DNA of 63,640 nucleotides, filler included, from Choristocarpus tenellus KU-1152 (lineage: Eukaryota > Protista > Phaeophyceae), in the NCBI GenBank assembly GCA_964200185.2. It is 14 parts of 14 records of this genome, joined end to end, with 100 filler letters (N's around TTAATTAATTAA, not from the genome) between each part and the next. Parts side by side here need not be neighbours in the genome. Positions count along the whole stretch, not along the records: positions 6,764 to 16,084 come from CAXNAD020003784.1; positions 16,185 to 19,459 come from CAXNAD020021110.1; positions 19,560 to 24,103 come from CAXNAD020014069.1; 11 more parts are not named here. The stretch is one strand, 5' to 3'. The position numbers and the translations under genes are program-made. This document shows, piece by piece, positions 12,701 through 24,051 of the stretch (the stretch's first letter is position 1; every line of letters begins with the position of its first letter). The notes under the pieces are model-generated. The model saw nothing but the letters and a program-made list of their open reading frames with translations, made no database searches and was not told where the DNA came from.

Positions 12701-15700
12701 TGAATTTATTTTTTTTTGTAAGGTTGTTAACTCTTTTTTTTTTTTTCCACGAGCGTTTGGAAGCAAAGATGGGCAAGAGCATACTATCCACTCTTGCATA
12801 GACACAAAAGTAGTGATGTGTATGCAATATTTCTTATTCTTATTTCTCCCTGCACTCAATGCATACTCGGTATATTGGTCCTCCTCCTATAACCCTAGTG
12901 CCTTCCAGTTCAAACATTAACAGGCCATAGATGATGAGAGAATGTTATTTGTCAATCCTCTGCCCTCAAAGTTCATGAAATGTCCTTTATTCTAACCTGG
13001 TGCTATGCTGTGTGCTTGTTATAGTTCAAGGCCTGTCTCTCGGGGTTGTGTAACTTTTTGCATGCAATATAGATGCATGTGATCAGGGGCCCGGGAATAG
13101 AGGACGAGATGGGAAGGGTTAGGTGGTGAAGGTTCAAGTCAGAATCTTACCAGTGAGTGGGATGGATACAAAATAGGTTCTTTCCTCTTTTTCTCTCCTT
13201 GCCATATTCTCAATCATTACTTCTTCGCGTATGCTTACTCAAAAGGTTATGATAGATGTGGGGATTAGGGAATTGCTCAATCTCCCTGTGGGGGACAGCC
13301 TTCGAGGATCCTATGAGCAGCTTCTCCGAAGGTGTGTATAAATTGCATGGGGATTGGAGTTAAGTGCTGCTTGCTTGTCTTACCTGGACGTGATACCACC
13401 TTGACTGAAGCCAACATTGATTTTTCAGCATAGAAGCCGATAAGGGAGGCTGTGGAAAGAAAGCATCCTATTGGGTGAAATGAGGCGTATAGGCTAAGCT
13501 ATCGCATTGGTGTAAGTGTTACTGCTTGCACCAAGTCTCTTTCTTGACCCTTGAATCTTGTCTGGAATTTAATTTGGGAACTGGATACCTGCTCTGCTGT
13601 ACATATATTTTTTTGTCTCCAATGGAGTAAGTAAGCGCTATTGTGATCCGCACATCTCCTCTTTCATGCACATGACTCTCTGCCTTTGTTGATATCCCTC
13701 AAACTTCGAACCTACTGCACTGTGTTCTGCAATCTCTGAAGCATCATCGAGCGTTCTGATTGGGCAACAAGGGGGAAGAGGCACAGGGAGGAAGACCTGC
13801 AAAGTGTCTTGATGATGGTAACCACTGGCAGTGAAACGAAATGACAACAATACCCAATCACAACAACCGACGAGGAGACGTGACCGGTCAATGGAGGGCG
13901 GGCTACCTCTTGTGATGTTTCAGCAAGGCACCAAAACACTGTTTTGCGCTCCTGTTAGTGAGTAGCATTATAAACTAACCCTCGTGAAATACTTGTAGAA
14001 CGGTCCTGCATCCTAGAATGAGCCAACCAGCTAGGGCACAGTGAAGCAAGAGATGCAGGATTTTTTTTTAGAACAAATAGCAAAGAGATAGACTTGCGTT
14101 TTGGGAGGCCTTTGGGGAGAAGGGAGGGCAGCAGTTACTCGTCATAGATGGGGAAAACAAGAGTGACACACGCTGATCATAGCACATCGAGACCATTGCC
14201 TTTTTCGAACTTTACAGGTGATTGTAGTAATTGGAAGTGGAGCAATATGCATGCATTGTACTGTTGTAGTAGCTGATACAGACTCCACCCAGTGGATGAT
14301 ACTTTGTGCTCAAGAGGTATCATTACTTTGCACTGTGACAAAGCAGTAGACCTGAAGAGAACAAGTCCTTAGATTTGTTGATTACGTATGTCGTAGGGTA
14401 GATAGTTGGGTTAGGATACATCCAAATCCATGCCGACAATATTAAAGGGCGGGCGATATGAGACAAGTATCATGGCATTCATCAATAAAATGGTGTTTTT
14501 GTTTCACTGGGTCAGTAGGGTTCACTACCCCTTCTACCCCCACTTGTTCCCACCCAATCATTCCCACCATTGCTAAGTCTACGATATTTTTGTGTGTAGT
14601 GTAAATACGGTTTATTGCTTTGGAGAATGAAAGCAAAGGAGATTTATGATCAATATTGCCGTCATAATTAGACTCGATCATATTTGAACCGCATTTCATC
14701 GGGTTTTTTGAGCTACCTTTTTGTAGTTTTTTTTTTCAAACTACATACGTGTACAGATAGTAGAAGTCAACTGTTACAATTATCCACAGATTGCAGCCAC
14801 TAGTATATATTTTGAATGGTCGTAGAATATACTGTTGTAGGTGGAGAGGGACTACAAAATGATCTTCAAAGAGTTCTTCCCCACCTGGTCCCCTTCTTCG
14901 ACCTGCTGTTTAATTTCCAAAAGTCTTCGAGCACATGACCACCACTGTCCACTTCTTTGAGTAGTAGGATGATATGGCAAAGAAGAAACAGGAGAAAAAA
15001 AAGAACAATATACTCGGGAGTATTATATATCCTCCTGCTTTTTTCGGTTAGGGAGGCAATGATGTCGTTCAAGTTTAGCAGGTCACAAAAATAAGTGACA
15101 GTGAATGTGTGTGCAGGATCAAGCCCCAACTGAACGAGTGAGACCTTTTGTTTCAAAATCATATCCTACTTTATTATACTCCACACTACAAGATAGATGG
15201 GGTGATCTATGTACCAACAAAAGTACCTTGCAGAGACACAGTGCATGGAAGCGGTAAGGTCTAGCTGAGGTGGCCCTCCCGTCCGTATCAATGGAATCCG
15301 GCATGGTGACATCATTAATATGGGAATTAAGGTCAAGGTAAATGTACCAATAAGCACATGCATCTTGCCATTCTTACCCACAATGCTTAACTCCAGAATA
15401 TTCAACTGAAAAATAAAGTTATTTATGCCCACTGATATTGCACATTATGACATCATGTGGTTCGGGAAAAACTAAATATAAAAAAGAATAAAACACCTTT
15501 AACAGTCTATTTTCCTTATTGGAAAGTCCTTGGGATACAACAAGAGTTTGTTGTCGTGTACTGGAAAAACGAGGAAACAAGAAATACTGCAACGCTAATG
15601 ACAATAGTCGAAACTGCTCCTAAAAGGTGTCTAGAAGCAAGGGAAGAGTCCCACAAGTCAGTCAAGTCCCGTCTAGCCCATCGACCGGGTTCTCCAGTTT

Positions 15701-16048
15701 ATTCTGATAACGGGTGTATATAATATAATTTTTTTTCTTCTCCGAGAGAATAAATTCAATATAAGGGAAAATATATGTGACTCATGTTGGGAGTGGGGTA
15801 GGGGGGCAGAGGGCTTTAGTTGGAAGGGAGCAGTGAAGGCATACGTGTGACAGATTGTGTGAGTAACTGCTGCTCAAATAGCAACCTCCAGATGACGTTT
15901 TAGGTGTATTAATCTGGAGATACCAGGTCGGTGGGCTAGGACAGGCTTGATTGATTTGTGTGATTTCTTCTCTTCTAGACCGACTTCAATAAATAGTGTC
16001 ATCAGTCCAGGACCAGTTCAACCTGTTACAGCTTCTAATATTCTTTTT

Positions 16049-16084
16049 GACCCAAAGTATATGGGGTGGGGGGGGTTGGGGGGG
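16049..16084. mobile_element. MITE family B end, truncated by gap
   Basis: GACCCAAAGTAT followed by G-run. Confidence 0.6.
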
Positions 16085-16184
16085 NNNNNNNNNNNNNNNN
16101 NNNNNNNNNNNNNNNNNNNNNNNNNNNNTTAATTAATTAANNNNNNNNNNNNNNNNNNNNNNNNNNNNNNNNNNNNNNNNNNNN

Positions 16185-18890
16185 AACGAGGAAGTGGAGG
16201 GCCCTCATGGGGATGTCCGAGGCAGCACCTTCGTATTCGACGTCCATCATGGATTGGAGTACCGGAGGAGATGCATCACGCCCTTGGCCAAAGATGTCGT
16301 CGACGGTGACTCGCTTATTGCATGTGAACATTGTCCCATCGTTGTGCGCGAGAAGAACCTGGTCCTGACAACCTTTGAGGTGGTTATCTGTGCCTAATTG
16401 AGGGCGCCCCCCCCTCCTTGTCTTGTATATTAGGGTTAGGGGATAATCCTCCACAATCAAGCCCACCTTCGACGCAGTAAGAGCCTCTGAATGAAGAGAA
16501 GGCGGGAGGGAGCGCGTGGGTCCGGCATGCGTCAAACTTTACAGTGACATCACACAAGTAGTTATCGTAGGGATTCATGAAATCTCATACCACGAACATT
16601 ATAATAGTACAATGAGTGTGAAACGCAAAGCAAATAATCAATGCAAAAATTGCAAACAATAGGAGATTAAATAATAATAGGAGTAAATATGGCAAAAAAA
16701 TGTGGTGAAGACGAGTAACACCAGCATGCAAAAAAATGGACAATGAAACAAAGAAGTACGCAGTTGCCGGGGGGGAAGAGCAAGCGACACAAAAGGAAGT
16801 GGAAGGTACGAAGGACATGAAACAACATGGGGAAAGTGAAAAATATAGCAATACACACGACCTAGTCCGCATCTCCTGAACGGTCGCACAATATTCGATC
16901 GGCACACGGACGGAATGATAACAGTCATGGTGGATTTCAATAGTCTCCCGCAATACACCCCATATTTCAGCGCTGGCGAACTCTGCAACTCACCGTGTAG
17001 GTGGTGTAAATGCGCGGACCATGGGTGGGGCACAGTGAGCGCGATGGTGCCCTGAGGATGCATCTTAGGCCGCAAGCACTGAAGTATACCGCGCAGGTGT
17101 GTGTTGGTCGCCTCTTCGTCGATGAGGAGTCTTAGCTCGGCGGCAATGGACACTGTGACGATCTTTGGCGCGTTGCGGAAGGCGAAATCACCAAGTTTGT
17201 CTAAGGATACCGTGGGTTCAAGAGGGCGAATGTTATGTAGTGCAGTGTTCTCACTCCTGCTTGGATATCATGACACACGACACAGTAGACAGACAGTACG
17301 ACAAGAAGGACGGCATAGTAAGCTACGGTGCAGGCAATCTTTTCATTAAGTGAGTGACAATATTTCCACGGCATCTCCAAAATATCAGGCCGTACCCTCC
17401 ACAACGCCAGACTCATCAGATACGGATCGTGGAAGGAGGGTAGACGCCAAAACACTAAGTTTTCTGGCCCATGGTACCCTCCAAAAAAGCGACACATCTA
17501 AGGTACAAAGGATGAGCAATCCGCATGATGTACAAGCAGCCAAGACCTATGTGCAAACCAACGCGAAAACAAACACGCAGAGACGACTTATGTGTCTGTA
17601 TAATGTGCAACAACGCCGAGACCCACATGCACTTCTCCATGTCGGTCGTTTCGCTGCGTGAGGGGGGACGTAAAAGGCTTTGCGTCGTGGGTGACCCGCC
17701 CGCGCTCTTTGCGCGAGTCTTACCCTTGCCCTTGCCCCTGCCCCGACCCGCCGCTTCATTCCCCACCGATCCAGACCCTTCACTGCCCTCCTGTACCATG
17801 GGGCAGTTGATACATAATCGATCCTTGTGCCTTTCGTCGCCTAACAATCTCCGCGTAGGCACATTCGCCCATATGCGTGATTGAGCACCTTGGGCATGAA
17901 TACCTGTCGCGCGTGTCATCGAACGAGAGCGTTAAAGAGGCAGGATAGAATTTTTCCAAATAACTAATTGGGCAAAACAACGCAACACGGGAATCCACGG
18001 TTACGAAGGATCACGAAATTGGCGGCGCAAAACAGTACAGGTGAGATACAACATTCGGTGATGTACATGCATTAACACACAATCGGACTGTGGTAAATAA
18101 AGAGACGTGGGGGTAGCGACCGCAGTGCTTCACACAGAGGGACCCCGCAACATTCTATCGGTTCAATGGCGTGCGCCGCTGAAAAGATACAACGTATCTA
18201 TCCGTTCAGGGGATTGGATGGAAACCAATCTTACGCTATTAATTACACTCCGCCCTACACGTGTACCGTTACAACTACATTACTCACCGAGACGTGGGTG
18301 GAGGATTGCATTCGGTACAGCAAACGCCCACGTTCCACCCTCCCTCTTCGTTTTGCATTTCTTCTTTAGCACCAGGAACACTGCCGACAGAACCCCCTTC
18401 GCCCGTATCCTCCCTGTCTGGCAGTCCGTTCCCTCCGACATCTTCGTCCCCTCCTTTGTGTTCGTCCCCTCCCTCGTCTTCTTTCTCACAGTCATCTGAT
18501 GCCAATCCGTTCGACCTCTCAACTTCTGCGCCGCCGCCATCACAGCCCCGCCCGCTGTGAACCTGGTGGAGGTTGACCCGGTTGAGTACATCCTGGTATT
18601 TCCCATCCCAGGTGGTGAGGTAAGCGTGTAGAGATGAGTCCTTCTCGATAATCTAGTAGTGGAGACGGCGGAGGACGTCGTTGAGGAGAGGAGGGGAGGA
18701 TGGTGACGTAAAAAATGGGAGAGTGTAATGGAAGTACGATAGCATGTCAATCGGGCAGAGCAAACGATATGGTTGACGTGGTGAACATGTTTAATGGAGG
18801 CGGCTTGCGGGGCGAAATAGTTTGAAACAAGTCAATGTCGAGGACGCCAATCATATACATTTTTTTTCAGTGACGCGTATTGGAGGCAGA
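16185..18890 (-). pseudogene. Multi-exon repeat-borne gene copy 1 (acidic tract, PHD-like finger, possible Ulp1-like motif)
   Basis: Homologous to 46654-47401 and 47751-48854; GTGAGT donor at ~18287; CPRCSITH..C..CINC; LHYITFAL and QSSPALKYGVYC; frameshifted. Confidence 0.6.
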
Positions 18891-18891
18891 A

Positions 18892-19148
18892 GAGCCAAAG
18901 TATCTTAGAAAATAGAGCCTCGTCCAATTGGGGGTCAAAAGACAATGTTGTGATTTTGATGTAATTTTGGCTATCGTGTTTGTTAGGAAGTGTCAATATC
19001 TATGTGTCGGACACACCTTTCATAACGTACACATTTAATCTACTCCCAAACATAGCTATTGACGGAAAATGTCATAAGAAAACCCATGGGAAGCCAATCC
19101 CCGCAAATGAACAAACAGGGAAAAAATCATCCCCTCTAAGTTTCACTC
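18892..19148 (+). mobile_element. MITE family A (~260 bp)
   Basis: GAGCCAAAGTATCTTAGA..TTTCACTC; flanks AGAA/TGAA; absent from the homologous site near 48845. Confidence 0.8.
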
Positions 19149-19559
19149 TGAAACGAGGTGGAGATTGACCAAGATCGTTGTCTACAGTGGAAGAAAACGA
19201 TTTGCTATTCCCGCTATTAGCAACGAAAGACTAGAACTGACAAAACAGCAAAGTTTGTAGTATAGAAGGCAACCTTGTCGCCACAGAATCACGAAGAAGA
19301 TCCACAACCAATCCTACCAAGCATCAACTATTTTTTCCGGTACAAGCCATTTCAGCTGTAGTTACGAACATGGGAGGCACACTCACGGCTCTGATCCGTT
19401 GCAGAGGTTTCATTTCGACAATCGTGGAGATGTTTGCCCTCAGTTGGCGGACGGGCCCCNNNNNNNNNNNNNNNNNNNNNNNNNNNNNNNNNNNNNNNNN
19501 NNNTTAATTAATTAANNNNNNNNNNNNNNNNNNNNNNNNNNNNNNNNNNNNNNNNNNNN

Positions 19560-19621
19560 TCAGAGCTCAAATGGACACCCTGGTGTGGACCCCCACCCCT
19601 CCCCCCCAGATATCTTGAGCC
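19560..19621. mobile_element. MITE family B end, truncated by gap
   Basis: CAAATGGACACCCTGGTGT..CCCAGATATCTTGAGCC. Confidence 0.65.
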
Positions 19622-19837
19622 TTAATTTCTGTACCTTCTTCAATGACCACAAAAAAAGGATTAGTCCTTGTTTTTTAATGGGCAAGAAGGGCATGCATGC
19701 GCAACATACCAGCAAAAAACTTGTGGCACTGCGTAACTTCTTCTGTGATCGATATCAATACCCGAGTGCAAATGAGGCAGCATCATACACAGTTCCACAA
19801 CTGAATGCTTTCTGGGTGTACTGCAACTGACCTTGAT

Positions 19838-19880
19838 CCTAACCCTGACCCTGACCCTGACCCTGACCCTGACCCTGACC
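19838..19880. repeat. (CCCTGA)n telomere-variant repeat at intron 3' end
   Basis: CCTAA followed by six CCCTGA units. Confidence 0.8.
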
Positions 19881-19894
19881 TTTACCCTCTTCAG

Positions 19895-20008
19895 GATGTT
19901 GAGGACTACATTGACAAATGGGAAACTGTCGATGAAGGACTCTCATCGACTATCACTAGTGGGGACCAGCAGTATTCAACCGAAGCCTACGGCATAGACT
20001 GGAGTCAA
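19895..20008 (+). CDS. LRR protein gene, exon A
   Basis: TTCAG acceptor, GTAAGA donor, 114 nt phase 0-0, DVEDYIDKW..GIDWSQ; in phase with next exon. Confidence 0.7.
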
Positions 20009-21027
20009 GTAAGACAACCAAGTGATACGAAACCCATTCTTACTCAACGATAATAAACAAGCAGTCAAAAGGACAGGCATTAGCTTGAGGAATTGCTTTT
20101 CAATGTTTGTTTGACCTGATAGACTAGTAGCATGCGAAATTTTGTTGTGCATCTGTCAAGCTATTGCACCAGTTTAATCCTCCCGTAGCCCTTCCAAGAG
20201 GATGTAATTTCCCAGATCTCACACCTATTTTGCGGAAGAACGAACCAAAAGCGCAGATTGTCCATATCACAGGTCTTTCAGGGGTTGAATACGTAACAGT
20301 TTTGAATAAATTGCGAAATGAAACCTGAATCTAGTTGAGAGTTGGTGAGGGGACAGTCTTTCTCCTTTAAATCACCTGGTGCACAAAGACCCCTGGAGGC
20401 AAGTTTAGTTGTGGTTGCCAACCCACACAAGGTTTTCAAAGCACCATGTTAACAGGATACAATATCATTGTGGCTCAGGTGCTCATGTGACAAACTATTA
20501 ACAATACAAGAGCATAGAGAGAACAAAAAAATAGTAGGGAGATCTCTTGGACTCCTTTTACCATCTGCAGAAGATCACTTTGATAACACGGAAGGAGCGT
20601 AAGATAGCGGAAGGTAGAACTTGTTCTTTGGATTCTCCTCACAGCTACTGTAGTGTGGGTCCAATGGCAACTGGGTCAACACGCAAGTGATTGTTATGGG
20701 GAAAACAGTTCGAGGCGTCAAAGAAATAATGAGGGATATAACTTGGTTCAGACAAGCAATAGTTCCTTGGTTTTGCCAAGAGAGAGAGAGAGAGAGAGTC
20801 ACACGCACTGAAAAGGGTGAGGTGAGAGTACTATGACTGATCTGTACCTCTGTGCGCACCACTGAGGAGAACTCAACTGTGCACCAAAGATTTGCAATTT
20901 TCCTGAGGATGACAAGGATCCAGCCCTTAACCTCCAGTGAGATTACAAGAAATTTCAAACTAGTAGTACTAATTGTATGGAAATTTTGATGTCTCACAGT
21001 ATTTCACAGTATTAATAGAAGAAAAAC

Positions 21028-21287
21028 GAGTCAAAGCATCTTAGAGGGTAGAACCGCATCAGTTTGGGGGCCATGATCCGATGTTGCGATTTTGATGTAA
21101 CTTTGGTCATCTTATTTGTTAGGAAGTTTCAATATCCTTGTTCCAAACACACCTTTTCATAAGGTACACATTTTACCTACTCTGAAACATTTCGGAACAG
21201 GAAAATGTCAGAAAAACCCCCCGTGAGAAGCCAAGCTCCAAATGGACAAACAGAGCAAAACTCGTACCCTCTAAGATACTTTCACTC
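21028..21287 (+). mobile_element. MITE family A in LRR-gene intron
   Basis: TIR GAGTCAAAGCATCTTAGAGGGTA / TACCCTCTAAGATACTTTCACTC; flanks AAAC/AAAT. Confidence 0.85.
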
Positions 21288-22025
21288 AAATATATTTTTG
21301 TGGTTCAACCGATGTGGTATCATCCGCATGAGCCAAGCCCATATATGCAGAGGTTCCACTTGTGAGGGCATTGTTGCCCTGAGACGTGAAGCAGCATAAA
21401 CTCAGGATATCTAAATGCTACTGGGACCTGGTGCATTGTTTAGAGTCTCAGTTCAGTATTCTTCATCACTATATATTTTTTTCATTCTCGCTGAAAAATT
21501 TTGAACTTAACTGAAAAATGTTGAAATGTTGTTGGAAGGTTCCAATTTAACTTAACAGTTGAAAGACATGTTTGTGCCTGAGAAATCCGTCAAATAGTGC
21601 CATTTTTCACAACATTTTTTAACCTATCGAAATAACAAATAATTCGGAGTATACATATATCCTGGATCGGAGTGCTTATACGAAGTATTTGGGACTATTT
21701 GTGATATCAAAACTTAGATTTATTGGCTGGAGTGGTCTGTACTATGTGTGGATTGTAATATGCTCCTGTTGGTCCTGGTTGCTGATATCACCCCTTAGAT
21801 ATTGCTCTTTCATGCCTTCAACATACAACTTACAGCTGCTTGTTGGGAGTGATTTTAATGTTGGACAAGGCCAAGCAGCCAGTTCAACATGAGGCTAGTG
21901 GAACTCTAAAAGCTGTGCCACATGCATACCCCAAGTACTTATACGTGAATGTCCTGCAACTTTAAGAGTACAAGCTAGATATCTACGTAACAATCTTGTT
22001 CGATTGCCCTCCCTAACGCAACTAG

Positions 22026-22459
22026 GGAATGGACATGGTTAAGGGTCACCACCAAGGGTATGTACATGATGATGATGGGAATTGGGTCTACAATGAAGAG
22101 CTTGCCCAACAGCACTTCCCAGATGGAGACCTGTTGATAGATAGCAATAACGTCAGTGGAGATGAAAATAGAGACAGCAGCGACGAAGGAGAGTGGGGAG
22201 AGGGTAAGAGACGTGTGGCCCCCCGCCGACACCCACGCTCCAAAGCCCAGCGCCTTGTGGACGATGCAGAGGACAGTGTGGAAGGAGCTAGACCAGTACT
22301 GCTTGACCTGAGTGGGCTGGGGGCAATCCGAGTATCATCCCGAGTGTACAACATGCATTGGTTGAAGCAATTGAACCTTGCAAGAAACAACTTGTGCAGG
22401 GTGTCGCCAGACATAGATGAAATGGTGGGTCTGGTTAGCCTTGACCTGAGCCATAATAG
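22026..22459 (+). CDS. LRR protein gene, exon B
   Basis: CTAG acceptor, GTATGA donor; LKQLNLARNNLCRVSPDIDEMVGLVSLDLSHN matches LxxLxLxxNxL. Confidence 0.85.
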
Positions 22460-22790
22460 GTATGACCCCTATTCAGCTACAATAGCCTTCCCCCCCACCC
22501 CACCCAAATGTTTACTCCCTACTTTTCCATCTATGCTCCCGAAGACTATTTCTTAGAGTTGGCGTTTCCCTCCTTGTGTTGTTCACTCCCTGTGTAGCCA
22601 GTGAAGGTGAACCTGATCTGTATGCCCCGAGCTGAACTTACACTAGTATGTTGTTTTGTGTGTCAAAATACGTTTTCCTAAGGCGAATTACTTCAAATAT
22701 TGACATGGTGCTTCTGGAAAATGACATGGTTGTGCATCTCTTGTTTCTGTTTTGATACTCCAGCCTGTATGATTCAGAGTTGACCCAGCT

Positions 22791-22792
<2 letters not shown>

Positions 22793-22822
<30 letters not shown>
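22793..22822. repeat. (GA)n microsatellite
   Basis: Direct observation; another at ~20779-20798. Confidence 0.9.
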
Positions 22823-22823
<1 letters not shown>

Positions 22824-23397
22824 ATTGAGCAATATCGATGAGGTGTGAAACCTCTCTTGGTGATGTCATCCTCACAGAGGGACTCTTAGTGCCTTATTAA
22901 TCAAAGCGCTTCCCCTCTTCTCACACCTTCCTTTGGATGTCACTTCATCAAGACTACTGAGTGAATGGATAGGGGGAAAAAGCCCTTCTTGGTTCAAAAT
23001 GGCAACAGTACAATGATCAAGTGTATGCTAAGTAGTTGCTCAGATCAGTATGTACCACTGTCCTGAGACAACTAAAAAGAGAACGCACAATAAAACTGTA
23101 TCATCAGGCACAGTTGAAATATATGCATGAAATAACATGAAAAATCCGAGCCATTAGGAGGAGATTGACACATTGGCTTGTTGTCTTGGCTTGTGAATTC
23201 CCAAAGTTTGCCCCTATGTACTCGGGGCATTTATCTACAATTAATGAAACCAGCACTGCCTTGAATTGCTTTCAATGACTGATTCCTGGACCGATGGATA
23301 TGACAACCAATAGCTAATGTTACACTGACCAGCGACCCCTTGTTCATTGTTTTGTCTGTTCCGACTAATGCCAACATAATGGCGAATAAAAATATAG

Positions 23398-23535
23398 GTT
23401 GAAGACCATCCCAGACGAGATGGAGGTCCTAGTCCAACTCAAGGAGCTCAATCTAAGCCACAATCTAATCGAGGGCTTCCAGGGCAACATATATCTGATA
23501 TCCTCTCTGGAGACACTGAACCTGGCACACAACAG
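23398..23535 (+). CDS. LRR protein gene, exon C (two 23-aa LRRs)
   Basis: 138 nt phase 2-2; LKTIPDEMEVLVQLKELNLSHNLIEGFQGNIYLISSLETLNLAHN. Confidence 0.9.
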
Positions 23536-23987
23536 GTGTGCTACAGAGTGGTACAAGAAATGGCTGGTGTAGGGTGGAAACAAGTCTCTAGCATTTTTTC
23601 TAAATTGCTTGCTGGAGCAGACTCACCTATCCATAAGCAACGATGGTATTGATGAGTACTTTATGTTTCTAGGACAAACAAGTTTTTTGGGTTCAAGGTG
23701 ATAGACTTATTGGTCGTATAGAAGTATATTTTATTGGTGCAATTTCTGATCTTTGCACCAACCTCAATCTTCCAATTGCTATGCTTACGATTATTACATC
23801 AATTCGCTATAATATTAATGTCGGGGATGACACTCTATTATCCTTTAAGGACACAGGAATTTCATTGTCATCTGGTCTCGGTAAAGAAAATAATTTTTCA
23901 CATGGCAATTGGTAAGCCAACCCCTCATTCCTCAAAATCTTGTTTTCCCCCTCAATTACTTGGTTATAATTTTGGTCACTATTCCAG

Positions 23988-24051
23988 CTTGAAGGAGATT
24001 CCTGTCCAGGTCGGAGATCTCCAGCTACTCAAGAGGTCACAGGAATGGGAG
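23988..24051 (+). CDS. LRR protein gene, exon D
   Basis: TTCCAG acceptor, GTGAGA donor; SLKEIPVQVGDLQLLKRSQEWE; gene continues beyond the gap. Confidence 0.8.

Noticed and set aside
12570-12790. ~145-bp tandem duplication
   Set aside because: Straddles a small N gap in T-rich sequence; likely assembly artefact
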